From NCBI GenBank assembly GCA_965207445.1, contig CBDBLX010000002.1:1367849-1431848 (forward strand): DNA of 64,000 nt, in the 5' to 3' direction. Positions 22,463-33,066 of the stretch are shown piece by piece. A program made the position numbers and the translations under genes. The stretch is from Nitrosopumilus sp. (GTDB lineage Archaea > Thermoproteota > Nitrososphaeria > Nitrososphaerales > Nitrosopumilaceae). The notes below the pieces were generated by a model. The model made no database searches and was not told the origin of the DNA. It worked only from the letters and a program-made list of their open reading frames with translations. How positions within the stretch are numbered: the stretch's first letter is position 1; every line of letters starts with the position of its first letter.

Positions 22463-22792
22463 TTATTTATCAAATGCATAATCAGTCATACGTTTCCAAA
22501 AATACACAGTAGATGATCCCATGACCCCACCTATCAATGACACCAATACTCACGGATCAAGGGAAAATTGCCAATCATATTTGTCAGAACTAAACCCACT
22601 TAGAAATATGATAAGGTATAGAATATAATGGTGAGTGATAACTGTATTGAACAACCACCTGCGTGTTTGTCGTTTTTCCCTTCCATCATCTGCGCGGCTA
22701 GAAGACAGATCCTTGTCTTCTTTTTTAGATCGTGAATCGGGTTTTGGCTCAATTTTAGTTGGTATACCAAGATCACTAGGAGAGCCAGTCAT
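22463..22792 (-). pseudogene. Membrane protein partner of the Panacea gene, interrupted by an in-frame TGA
   Basis: ORF 22550-22792 continues in frame past the TGA as VLVSLIGGVMGSSTVYFWKRMTDYAFDK*; its start overlaps the Panacea stop. Confidence 0.55.
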
Positions 22793-23271
22793 ACCTGTAA
22801 TTGGGATTTATAATAATCACGTGTCATACTATTTGGGATTTCAATACCTAATCTACCATCCTTGTAACATTGGTGCCACGGTGTACCAGGTTCGTGTGTC
22901 ATAGTGGAGAGTCCCCGACCTGAAAAGTGGCCATATTTATTCATTACCACATCAATAATCTTCTTATGTTGATCTGAAATTCTACTAGTCAAAAATTTTA
23001 TACGATCCTTTATTTCGGAAGAGTTTAATGATGTTTTACAGTATGGTAGTTCCATTACATCATTCCCTCCATATTCTCTTAGTGCATAATATATGGTAGG
23101 TATTACAGGGCCATATTTCCATGCTTCAACCCTGTCTAGAAAAAGTGCTTCATTTTCCAACGCCAGTGTAAAACCATGTGATATGTACGATAGCTTGTTG
23201 GATTGCATCGGAGTCAGGGGCACTGATGATGTTGCAAGTATATAATCCGCTACAAGCAAAGCAGAAGCCAT
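22789..23271 (-). CDS. Panacea (DUF4065/SocA/GepA-like) antitoxin domain protein
   Basis: VADYIL..LTPMQSNKLSYISHG..VEAWKYGPVIPTIY..LSTMTHEPGTPW. Confidence 0.88.
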   Translation of the reverse strand: MASALLVADYILATSSVPLTPMQSNKLSYISHGFTLALENEALFLDRVEAWKYGPVIPTIYYALREYGGNDVMELPYCKTSLNSSEIKDRIKFLTSRISDQHKKIIDVVMNKYGHFSGRGLSTMTHEPGTPWHQCYKDGRLGIEIPNSMTRDYYKSQLQV

Positions 23272-23507
23272 TCTAGTAACATTTGTAATAATACACTATT
23301 ATAATATTATCAATAATTGATATTCTTGGATACCCCTCTTGCATTAATTGCGGGTAAAAGCTACTGACTTTATATTCGTCCCTTCCGCACAGCACACGGC
23401 ACCCAGTCCAGTCCACTCCTCATCTGACGTGTGCTAGACACCGCCGGTGTGTGGTAGAGATGGGTACGCTCATGACGACTGCTGTGGGCAGTCGGCAGGT
23501 CGTCTTA

Positions 23508-23589
23508 GTAACCGTTCAACCCCCGGTACCTACGCCAGACGTTAGGCGGTGAATTTGTGCCCAAATTTGGGAAGAAGTTGAACGGTTAC
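23508..23589 (+). mobile_element. MITE-like family A, copy 3 (82 bp); an extra lone right end lies at 23634-23646
   Basis: Perfect 13 bp TIRs GTAACCGTTCAAC / GTTGAACGGTTAC. Confidence 0.8.
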
Positions 23590-23657
23590 GATCAGAGGAA
23601 AAGGAGGGGGAGGAAAGAGTGGTGGTGGTGAAAGTTGAACGGTTACCACCCAATAGA

Positions 23658-26600
23658 TCATTTCTCAGGACTTAGATGAAATATTCTAACTCTTTTCTTT
23701 TCCTTTGATGTTAGTTGCTCATACACATCTTTGATTTTAGGACTAGTAGACCATACATCACACCTTGCAAATCCTAACTCTGACCATTTTAGCATATTTA
23801 ATTTAACGTGCTCTGGATGCCTTGCAACTTCTGCTGTTGATTCTATCTCTACTGAGATAGGAGTTTCAGTGTCATAATTGTATGCTATCAAATCAGTTCT
23901 CAGTTGATCTTTTTTTATGGTCTGCGCTGCTGTACACAAAAAGTATCGCTTGGCAAGATAGTATTGTATTGCATATGAGGCTACTAGTGGTATGTCTTGT
24001 GCGGTTCCAATACTACTAATATCAAATTCAAAGTACATCTGCTTGATATTGTGCGGTAGACAATAAAATGTCTGTTTACCATTAACATAACTGTCCTTAC
24101 TAGTTGCCTCTAATAGATCATCTTTTACCATCTGCTTTAAAATCCCCCCGAGATCATCGTCTTTCATAGTTCCTCTACCCATCTTTCCATTATCCAATAC
24201 ACGATTAATTTCACGCCTGCCCATCGTCATATCTTTTGCACTGTATAAAATACACATTATGTGCCATTGTGTTTTGGTAGGTGGCTCATATGATATGTAA
24301 TTGAGCCACATGTTGGCGCGTCTGTCATATTCTGCTACCTTTGACTCGCCTGCCTTACCATAACCATACTTGGTCTTTTGTTTTACAACAAATTCATGCA
24401 TAAACTGTTTTGATTGTATGTTGGGATTGGTATAAACTGGCCAAAATTGAATTGGTATTGGTTGTTGTATATCTTGTTCATTTGCTATTAGTCTTGCAGT
24501 CCAATGGTGAAACTCTTGTGTTGCTAGTTGTGCTTTGACATCCTTTGATCTTTTAGGCTCCCATATCTCTGCAAATTTACTGGCATCTGTGCCTGATACT
24601 CTTCCTACAAATTGTGTGCCTGCATTTCCTGTTATGATCTCAAATAATTCAGTGCTGATTTGCGTAGGTGTTTGATGCGCTAGCAATAAACCCAAACCAT
24701 AAGAGCGTGCCTGCGTTAGTATTGCAGGTATAACTGGTAGTTTTGCTACATCCTGAAACTCATCTAGTGCTAGCAATACCTGAGTACGGCCTGCTTCATT
24801 TTGTATGTGGTTGGCCCGTTCTTGTATGGCAAACCACAACTTTATAACTATGGTTTGTTTTAAAAATGAAACAATATTTTGTGGTATGTTTAATGGTGAC
24901 AAGCGTATAACAGTATATGCACCTTTTAATATCATATCATCAAACTTTATGGTAGATTCAGGAACACACAACATGTCTCTGAGACCTTTATTGGTTGCAA
25001 ACTTTCCCAATCTATTCAAGACTGGCTCATAGGCAATCTTGCCCATTGATGCCACACTCTCAATTTCTTGTTTTAGAGCAGAATCATTTGGTTTGCCTAA
25101 TTCTTTGTACATTTTAATTAACATCGATTTGCCATCTTTTTGCATCTTGATTATAATATCACGTATATCCAACAATGTTGGTTTATCATTATTTAAGTAA
25201 ACATATTGTAGTAATGTCTCTAAGATGCGGTGCAACCTCACAAATGCCTCTTGGTCAGTGTACCAATATTTTATCATCTGCATAATATAGCCCACATATT
25301 GAGTGACTAGGTTTTGCCTACGCTCTGCTAGTATTTCCGGTGTTATGTATTTTTTTGTTTGAGAGGGAGGAGTTACAGTATTGTTATTGGTAATAATAGT
25401 AGTAGTAGAGTTGTTATCATGCACTGCACCTGCATCATCAATAACATCTCCAACCTTACCATATGGTGGTAACTCCAATACATTAATGGAGAATTTAGTT
25501 TCAATAGGATCTAAAAATGTGACTCTATTTTTTTCAAATGATTCTGTCTCACACTGTCTTATGAGATCATACGAGTCATTGCCTTTGGGATCTATGAAGA
25601 TAAATGCATTCTCAAATGTTTGATGAATGTTTGCCATCTCCAAATGTTTGGCTATACATCGGATTAGTGTAGTCTTTCCTGATTTGGTACCGCCTACCAC
25701 ATACATGTGTGTAGGTATATCAAATTGTGATAGTACGACTGCTTGTTCTTCAGAAGCTTGTACTATATTACCATACCAATCTTTAATATGCGATTCAATA
25801 TTTGGCCATTGTTTTTCTATTGATGTATGAGGCGATATTATATTGCCAAATGATCTTGTTTTTAGTTGATCTATATACCCTAGACAAAATCCGTGCTTTT
25901 TGATCTGTTGAATAGGTATCTCTGGCTTGCGCGATATGTTTAGATTGGGAGTTGATTTGGCATCAGGTAATCTAAGAAACAAACCTAGCTCATTTTGTGT
26001 CAATAGTAAAAATGGAGGTGATCTTCTTTTATGATATGTGGTACCTAGTAGCCCCCAGTATTTTTTATTGACATAACGACTGACAACATAAGATAGTAAA
26101 GTTGGGTCAGGCATCAACCTGTACTCAAACATCGATAACAAACGATACTTTTTCTTTAGATTGGGATTATTCTTTTTTATTGTTGTTGTTGTTTTGCTTT
26201 GTCGATTTTCTTGTTTTGAGTTTTCATTTTGTGTTGTTGTATCTTTGTTTTTATCATATTTTGCAACATATCTTGCAACATACCTTGCTGCAATATCATC
26301 ATGTGTGATATTATCTTTATCATTGTAAGGCTCTACGTTAATGCCACTGTAATAGTGATGTGAAATTTTTTTATCAATAGATTGTTTTTTTGTTTTCTTT
26401 AGATTTGTGTTATGATTCCCATCTGTTGGCACTTTATTTCGAGTATGTATATTATCATATAGTGTAATATTACGTTTTAGGAATTTTTTTTTGCTGTTAT
26501 TGTAATAGTTGGTTGTAAGATGCTCATAACCTTGACTACCGCCTCCGGGCATATTGATTGATTGTAATAGAGATGGATCTATTTGCAAAGACTCTTTGTT

Positions 26601-27494
26601 TTTGTCTTGAAGTATCATGCCGCGTATTGATAACATGGTGTTCTCTGATTGTGTTTTTTGTTTAATATCATACAGTAGCATATTATAATATGTGGTAAAA
26701 TCTTTATTCTTTTCTGGATGAGGTCTGCCCTTTGAGATGTCACCGTACAGGTAATCTCGAAGAGTGAGATAATTCTCAGAATTGGTAAATTCTCCATATT
26801 TGTATCGCATAATTTCAATCAGGTTATTCAAGATATTAGAAAAATTGTACTTTTGAAATACTAGTTGAATCCATGCATATGATGATAGTTGTATAGTGTT
26901 GGCAATTGTTGTGATGTTATCGTATGTATTGCGAGTATCAAATATGGATGCAAAATGACCGTGCCTATATCCAATATCAAAAATATCAAAACGATTGTTT
27001 TGATCAAATAGTACTTTTGGGAACCATTTTGGTGTTGGTGCTATTGCTGTGATGTGATTTTTAATATGGTGATTTTTTGCCGTATCATTACCATCACCAT
27101 TACCACCACCACCTCTACTCCTACTGTCATCCCCACCCTCATCATTTTGAGTCTCATCACCAAAAGGCAATAAGATTGCCCCCGGATACATTATCGCAAA
27201 GTCCTTTTTATACTTGGCAATATCACTTTTGTCTGTTATGAGCATTACATCTAGATGATTTGATTGTACACCATCCCACCACAACTCAATTGAGCGCGAA
27301 TGTGTTGCAGATGATACGCCACTAGTATTATCAAAGACTCTGCTCATATCTGCATCTAATGGCACTGATACTTGTAAGGCACGTAAATTTTGATGATGAT
27401 CTTTTGATATGTCAGTAGAACCGAACATTTTGTGTGTATTATCTAGCATTCCTGGCTGTTTCTTCTCATTTGATAATTTCCAATAACCGCACAT
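23658..27494 (-). CDS. VirD4/VirB4 (FtsK-HerA superfamily) conjugation ATPase with C-terminal wHTH and nuclease-like domain
   Basis: THMYVVGGTKSGKTT (Walker A), FIFIDPKG, LLALDEFQ (Walker B), QARSYGLGLLLAHQ. Confidence 0.85.
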   Translation of the reverse strand: MCGYWKLSNEKKQPGMLDNTHKMFGSTDISKDHHQNLRALQVSVPLDADMSRVFDNTSGVSSATHSRSIELWWDGVQSNHLDVMLITDKSDIAKYKKDFAIMYPGAILLPFGDETQNDEGGDDSRSRGGGGNGDGNDTAKNHHIKNHITAIAPTPKWFPKVLFDQNNRFDIFDIGYRHGHFASIFDTRNTYDNITTIANTIQLSSYAWIQLVFQKYNFSNILNNLIEIMRYKYGEFTNSENYLTLRDYLYGDISKGRPHPEKNKDFTTYYNMLLYDIKQKTQSENTMLSIRGMILQDKNKESLQIDPSLLQSINMPGGGSQGYEHLTTNYYNNSKKKFLKRNITLYDNIHTRNKVPTDGNHNTNLKKTKKQSIDKKISHHYYSGINVEPYNDKDNITHDDIAARYVARYVAKYDKNKDTTTQNENSKQENRQSKTTTTIKKNNPNLKKKYRLLSMFEYRLMPDPTLLSYVVSRYVNKKYWGLLGTTYHKRRSPPFLLLTQNELGLFLRLPDAKSTPNLNISRKPEIPIQQIKKHGFCLGYIDQLKTRSFGNIISPHTSIEKQWPNIESHIKDWYGNIVQASEEQAVVLSQFDIPTHMYVVGGTKSGKTTLIRCIAKHLEMANIHQTFENAFIFIDPKGNDSYDLIRQCETESFEKNRVTFLDPIETKFSINVLELPPYGKVGDVIDDAGAVHDNNSTTTIITNNNTVTPPSQTKKYITPEILAERRQNLVTQYVGYIMQMIKYWYTDQEAFVRLHRILETLLQYVYLNNDKPTLLDIRDIIIKMQKDGKSMLIKMYKELGKPNDSALKQEIESVASMGKIAYEPVLNRLGKFATNKGLRDMLCVPESTIKFDDMILKGAYTVIRLSPLNIPQNIVSFLKQTIVIKLWFAIQERANHIQNEAGRTQVLLALDEFQDVAKLPVIPAILTQARSYGLGLLLAHQTPTQISTELFEIITGNAGTQFVGRVSGTDASKFAEIWEPKRSKDVKAQLATQEFHHWTARLIANEQDIQQPIPIQFWPVYTNPNIQSKQFMHEFVVKQKTKYGYGKAGESKVAEYDRRANMWLNYISYEPPTKTQWHIMCILYSAKDMTMGRREINRVLDNGKMGRGTMKDDDLGGILKQMVKDDLLEATSKDSYVNGKQTFYCLPHNIKQMYFEFDISSIGTAQDIPLVASYAIQYYLAKRYFLCTAAQTIKKDQLRTDLIAYNYDTETPISVEIESTAEVARHPEHVKLNMLKWSELGFARCDVWSTSPKIKDVYEQLTSKEKKRVRIFHLSPEK

Positions 27495-27676
27495 TTGATA
27501 ACTAATATTACAAATGAATTAAAGTAGCAAAACTAAGACTAGAGTTCTGCTACAATACCATTATTGCTACTATCATCACCACCACTGCTACTACCACCAC
27601 TGTAAATCCCCTCACTCTAAACCATACGAGTAGTTTAATACAATCAATTACGCTGTGTAAGGGTATAAAATACAAT

Positions 27677-27708
27677 GAGATAATTCCTTTTTAAAAAAGA
27701 ATTATCTC
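27677..27708. repeat. Near-perfect 32 bp palindrome in a long intergenic region
   Basis: GAGATAATTC-CTTTTTAAAAAA-GAATTATCTC. Confidence 0.7.
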
Positions 27709-28578
27709 TGAGATTGTTTTATGCAATTTTAGTAATCATTGACACTTGCTTAAATTTTATTGTGTGAGTTTGTTTTCAAATGAGCAGTCTCAATTTGATG
27801 GTGTAATACGCACCAAAGGCGCGTCGCTGCATCGTACAATGCAAAAACACCCACTGTAATTGATAATGCGCAAACAAACTAATTTTACTAATTGTACGAC
27901 TAATCCACTGCAAAAAGAACTATTTATAAAATTTATTTTATATGTGTAATTTTAATTAAACACATAACATACAGTAGAATTTTTTAAAAAATGCAACTAG
28001 TCTTTTAAATAAATCACACACTGTAGTATATGCGGGCAAACTATTACAAAGATCAAAACAAAGAACACTCAAAATACGTGCATGTGTGTATAAGACGTTC
28101 TCATAATGCTGTTAATAAAAAAGGCGTATTGTGGCAAACTTGCAGCAAAGTCTTATCGTTCATTATTACAAAGTACACTTGTCAATGTAGTCATCACATA
28201 ACACAAGATACCCACATAAGATAAGGAGTGTGTACAACAAGTGATATTACGATATAAAAGCATCACATATGACGTTTATTGTTGTTATGTGATTGTAGTA
28301 CATGCAAAAACATCAAAGTTAGTAGGTAAAACACAACATAAACAAAACAGTTTCATCATGTGTACAATCACAAATTTATTACATGTTACCGCATCATGTA
28401 ATATTTTTATGTGGTTGTATAATTGTGTCGAGCCTACTAACATTATAAATTGCATTTTAAAATTGATGTCTGAAAATATAATTCACTATAAACACGCGAT
28501 ACACAAAATACAATCCCACTGTCATGTTTGTATGATGAATTATCATGCATGTAAAAAATGACAATAAAGGTGTGAGTA

Positions 28579-30855
28579 ATGTCGATAGATTTAGATCTTA
28601 AATCCGAGTACAGTCACGTCGGTTTTTTTAACATTCGATCAACTAACTTTGAAAAGATTGCAATAAATGAGTATGGTAAAAAATTAACAGGTCGCGTGAC
28701 AAAAGAACACGAGCCTACAATAAAACAACATGTGTTGGAATCTGAGCGATGGTGTATTGAACCCACAGCACAATCACGACAAAACATGTTGTTACTTGAT
28801 TGGGATGGTAAAACCACATCCCACATACCAAACAAATTACTATTGTTAATGTCTTGGTTCAGATCAGATGGCACCAGATACAGCTATCATGGAATTGTTA
28901 AAGTTGTAGATGCCAACTATGACTGGCTGAAAAAATTTGTAAATCAGTACTCGTGTAATGGTCTTGAGATGTGGATTGAGAACAAACGAATGTGCCTGCG
29001 AGGTATGTATACGGGTGCCACAAAACAAACAACAAAATGGAAACTCAAAGATGACAACTCAAAGCCAATCACATATATGACTAAAAAGGAGTTGGGCAAT
29101 CTAGGCATATTTATTAAAAATCCTACAAATCAAGAAACAGAAACAAAACGATTACTTGCACTACGTACAGTTGTACAAGGGGACAGGTATGCATACAATA
29201 GAGCGTATATAGGAAATACAATACGACAAGCTAATGGTAAAATTCCAAAAGAGGAATTATACGATAAATTAATTTTACAACTGCAAACAGTCATGCCGAC
29301 TTGGAGTATATTTGCACAAGGAGGGATACGACACGCAGAAGTAATGCGTCTTATCGATGATTTGTTAAACACATATGATGCAAATAAAAACCACAACAAC
29401 CACAACAACAACCACAACCACAACAACACAAAAAATGATCGATTAAATCTGTATGAGTGTGCAAGTATAATACAACACGAAAAGCCACTAGTCACAACTG
29501 CACTAAATAATATCATACATGGTTATGAAGGAAATAGGTGGTTAGAGTATACAAACAAACTAAAATCAAGAATTCGCTCTCGATTCACAACAAATGAGAT
29601 CACAACATACGAACAATACGAGATAATACGAATCATTGAGGATAACACACGCAAACACATGGAAGGTGAACCAGACACAGACGATATATTTAATAAATAT
29701 GTACATATTTTTACATTTACAAACGGGCAATATGATGCATTAACAGATGAATTTACAACGGAATGTGACTCTGAGATATTAAACACAATACGCTTTGATT
29801 TTCCATACCGGCGTGATGCTCAAGCATCCAAGTTTCTTTTAGCCATTGATGAGTGGATGAAAAGTGAAAAGGGCGATACACAGCAAGAGCGAGATGCACG
29901 AAAAATACGCAAGATACAGTGGCTCAAAGAATCATACGCACTAGCTGCAATCCCTAAACGAATACGGCAAAAAGGGCACATTTGGTACGGGGCAGGCTCA
30001 AATGCAAAAGGGTCTGCTGCACGTATACTGCAAAAATTTCTAGGTCATATGTATTGTACAGCATTAACACTCAAAGATATGAATGGTAAGGATTCGCATT
30101 GGGCAGAAGATTTGATTGACAAACTTCTTGTAGTAGGAGGGGATGGTACGGGATGGAAGGTAAGTGATACTACACATTACAAGCAACTAGTTGGCAATGA
30201 TCGCATATCTGTAAACCCAAAGAACAAGAAACGATTCACATATGACCCCATATGTCATGTTATACTATTACATAATGAGTTGCCTGATCCACATGATAGA
30301 TCAATTGGTTTTGTTCGCAAGGTGCAACTCGTAGAGTTTGAGCAACGATTCAAAGAGGATGCTAGTGTTGAGGATGCAATACTAAATGATGCAGTAGAGA
30401 TGGCAGGCATATTCAATTGGATAGCACCTCAAATAAAGCACTTTTTGAGAGGTGGGCCACTCGTAGATCCCAGTACTCCAGATGAAACTCGACGAGAGTG
30501 GCAGATGAGTGGCTCTGATATTGATGACTTTGTAAAAAATAGACTTTTAATTATTAAGGGTGCAAAAGAGACTACAGATAACATCTATGAGACATATATT
30601 GCCGAATACGAATATGCACTAAATGATAATGCTAGAACACAAAAGAATGTTGTAATCAGGCAGATAAAGGCAGCCCTAAATGAGAATACAAATAACATTA
30701 AAGTAGAGATCAAAGACCATACATCAAACAAGATCAAGGTACGGTATTTGATGAATGTGCAGATCAATGATGATAATGATGATAACGGTAATGATGATGG
30801 TAATGATGATAACAAGACAAACACACAACCTGACGGCTTAAAAGATCATATCTAA
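28579..30855 (+). CDS. Primase-helicase replication protein (AEP-like N-terminus, D5/P4-type SF3 helicase)
   Basis: LLLDWDGK, SYHGIV and GLEMW in the N-terminus; FTFTNGQYD; WYGAGSNAKGS; KQLVGNDRISVNPKNK..ILLHNELP..DRSIGFVRK. Confidence 0.85.
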   Translation: MSIDLDLKSEYSHVGFFNIRSTNFEKIAINEYGKKLTGRVTKEHEPTIKQHVLESERWCIEPTAQSRQNMLLLDWDGKTTSHIPNKLLLLMSWFRSDGTRYSYHGIVKVVDANYDWLKKFVNQYSCNGLEMWIENKRMCLRGMYTGATKQTTKWKLKDDNSKPITYMTKKELGNLGIFIKNPTNQETETKRLLALRTVVQGDRYAYNRAYIGNTIRQANGKIPKEELYDKLILQLQTVMPTWSIFAQGGIRHAEVMRLIDDLLNTYDANKNHNNHNNNHNHNNTKNDRLNLYECASIIQHEKPLVTTALNNIIHGYEGNRWLEYTNKLKSRIRSRFTTNEITTYEQYEIIRIIEDNTRKHMEGEPDTDDIFNKYVHIFTFTNGQYDALTDEFTTECDSEILNTIRFDFPYRRDAQASKFLLAIDEWMKSEKGDTQQERDARKIRKIQWLKESYALAAIPKRIRQKGHIWYGAGSNAKGSAARILQKFLGHMYCTALTLKDMNGKDSHWAEDLIDKLLVVGGDGTGWKVSDTTHYKQLVGNDRISVNPKNKKRFTYDPICHVILLHNELPDPHDRSIGFVRKVQLVEFEQRFKEDASVEDAILNDAVEMAGIFNWIAPQIKHFLRGGPLVDPSTPDETRREWQMSGSDIDDFVKNRLLIIKGAKETTDNIYETYIAEYEYALNDNARTQKNVVIRQIKAALNENTNNIKVEIKDHTSNKIKVRYLMNVQINDDNDDNGNDDGNDDNKTNTQPDGLKDHI

Positions 30856-30876
30856 TGTAAATAATATGAATTGTAT

Positions 30877-31060
30877 TAGGCACAAATCACAGCAAATCAT
30901 AGCAAATCACAGATATGATTTTTGCCGTGATTTTATCTAGGCACAAATTTACACACAAAAATAAAAAAATCACAGATATACAGATAAATTACAAAACTGA
31001 ATGAAACTAGAACTGTGATTTGTATGTGTGGTCTAGGCACGATATTACACAGATAGTATA
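30877..31060. repeat. Iteron-like direct and inverted repeats (candidate replication origin)
   Basis: AAATCA(C/T)AG four times, inverted (G)TGATTT copies and TAGGCAC three times, directly after the primase-helicase stop. Confidence 0.55.
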
Positions 31061-31393
31061 GTAAAAGATTCCTCCTGTTGGTGCGTTGTGATGTTTTGCC
31101 GTGCATCTGTGGGTTCTCCTGCAAACGCAGTTGATCGGTGTTTATATGAACTTTTTATCTGGATTTGATATTTGAGGTTGAAAAAGTGTAAGTTTTTAGT
31201 ACTTTATTGTGTGACTATGACGGTAGTTTGGAATAGGAATAGTTAGAGTCAGTATCGAAAAGACAAACGAGGGTGGTTCATCTTGAAGAAATTAGATTGT
31301 ACACCAAAAATGATAGTTTGATTTGGCATCAAAACACAAACAGATGTAGAGTGTTTTTATATATGATGTGTAATGTGCAGAATCTGGCAATGA

Positions 31394-32699
31394 TTAGGTA
31401 GAGGCATGTATGGATGCGTTTTGAATGAGTGTTATCCAAGCATCACAACTATCTGCAAGATCAGAGCCTTTTACTGGTATAATGTCAATTCCAATTGCCT
31501 TGGCAGGCGTCATGTTGTTTTTGAGGCTTGTGTGTTTTCTAAAAAAGTTACGATATACTATGATCAGACGTAAGAGTCCCTGGGTCATCTGATTTTAGTC
31601 CACGTACACACTTGAGTCTATCCTCAAATTCTCCGTTGAGTCGTTAGTAGACGTTATTTTGATTAAAAAGGTTCTGTATGTGTATCTCGCGTATGTGTAC
31701 AAACGCCGATCCTGCTCGTCTAAAGAATACTTTTCTGGCAGGCTTTATGAACTCCTGCCGTCCATCACTTACAAGTATGCGTGGTAGCCTACGCGTACGG
31801 ACAACAGCCATTTGAAACAGGTTAGTGGGATCAGATCCCTTTTTGTTCTTGAGAATCGAGGGATAAAACAAATCGGCTTGCACCATCAATCACACCAAAC
31901 AGATATCGAGTCTGTTTGCATATTTTGAATTCTAACTCGTCGACATGCCACTGAAACCATGTATCAAGACACAACAAACTTGAGAACCGTAGCATGATTT
32001 GCGAATACTCATCAGTCCATCTATGTATTGTAGATGGGTTTACAATGATCTCATCCATTGCAAACTGCACACATACTTTTTCTGGAGACATTTTGGTTGC
32101 CATTATGGTGGACAGCTCACTTGCTATTACGAATGCATCAAAATACCACCACCCCCTCCTTGAACCCTTCCATGCTAGAGAATGTAGGGCCACATTTGTG
32201 GCACTGTATCGCATTACAGATCTTTTTCTCTTGCACTTGCGCTCTCCCCATCCTACCACATCTTTGGATCTGCATTTTGGATACTGACATCTCAATTTTT
32301 TGCGCTTAATCTGTATCCTTTTTCTACGCCCGCACCACCACTCTTTGTCTAAGAGCTTGTATACGAGCCCCCCACCATCACACATGCTTGCATATCTTTT
32401 TTCCACCTGCACTGGACTAACACTGATATCTCATTCCAAGTGAACTAAGAGACACCGCATACAATAGACCTTGCACAGTTTGCTATACGACTGTCCATTT
32501 AATCGAGCTCAGTGTAGTTATAGCACCTGCAATGCATGCAATCTGAATGCCTGCCCCTCCTAATTGCATCAATCTGAGCATTGGAGCATCTCTGCTTGCC
32601 AGACTTTGGGTTGTCATTTTCTACTATGTTTTTGATCTTGGTTGGGTAGTTTCGTCTACCACCTTTTCTTCCTGAACTATTTTTTGTTTCATTATACAT
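31394..32699 (-). pseudogene. IS6-family (DDE) transposase, fragmented
   Basis: Fragments carry a zinc ribbon, STIHRW, WHVDE..YLFGVID..SRF, LVSDG, NNVY*RLNGEF and YRNFFRKHTSL..TPAKAIGI across frameshifts and stops. Confidence 0.85.
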
Positions 32700-32781
32700 A
32701 TATCACCAATTGGACATATAAGCATGTGTGTGCGTAATCCGATGTCAGTGACGTTATAACGTTGTACTGAGAACAACAAAC

Positions 32782-32955
32782 ATGACTAAATGGGCTACCA
32801 ATGCCACGGAATTCCAAGTATCCATAACCCACAATGTGAAAAGGGGTACTAGTTACTCGTACATTCCAAAGCCGGTCCTTGCCAAACTTGGTAACCCGGA
32901 GGGTTTGAAGTTTATCATACGTGGCGACAAAATACTAGTTACGTGTCCGGATTGA
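32782..32955 (+). CDS. AbrB/MazE-like microprotein (57 aa, not in the ORF track)
   Basis: MTKWATNATEFQVSITHNVKRGTSYSYIPKPVLAKLGNPEGLKFIIRGDKILVTCPD*. Confidence 0.65.
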   Translation: MTKWATNATEFQVSITHNVKRGTSYSYIPKPVLAKLGNPEGLKFIIRGDKILVTCPD

Positions 32956-33066
32956 CTGCAACGGTTCAAATCTGTATTAATTGCCACCAACCGCGTTTGC
33001 AGGAGAATCTATATCTATGTTGGTGCTTAATAAAGAATCTCTGATTTTTGTGTGTTTTTTGGATGT

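Noticed and set aside
1300..22552. TGA recoding suggested by two in-frame TGA interruptions
   Set aside because: Many intact genes end at TGA, Trp is encoded by TGG, and other pseudogenes carry TAA stops and frameshifts. Ordinary decay explains it.
28030..28561. Two short ORFs upstream of the primase-helicase
   Set aside because: No recognisable motifs, and composition looks like random AT-rich non-coding sequence.
28579..30855. Provirus interpretation based on the D5-like helicase
   Set aside because: No capsid, terminase, portal or packaging genes recognised; conjugation and pilus genes dominate.
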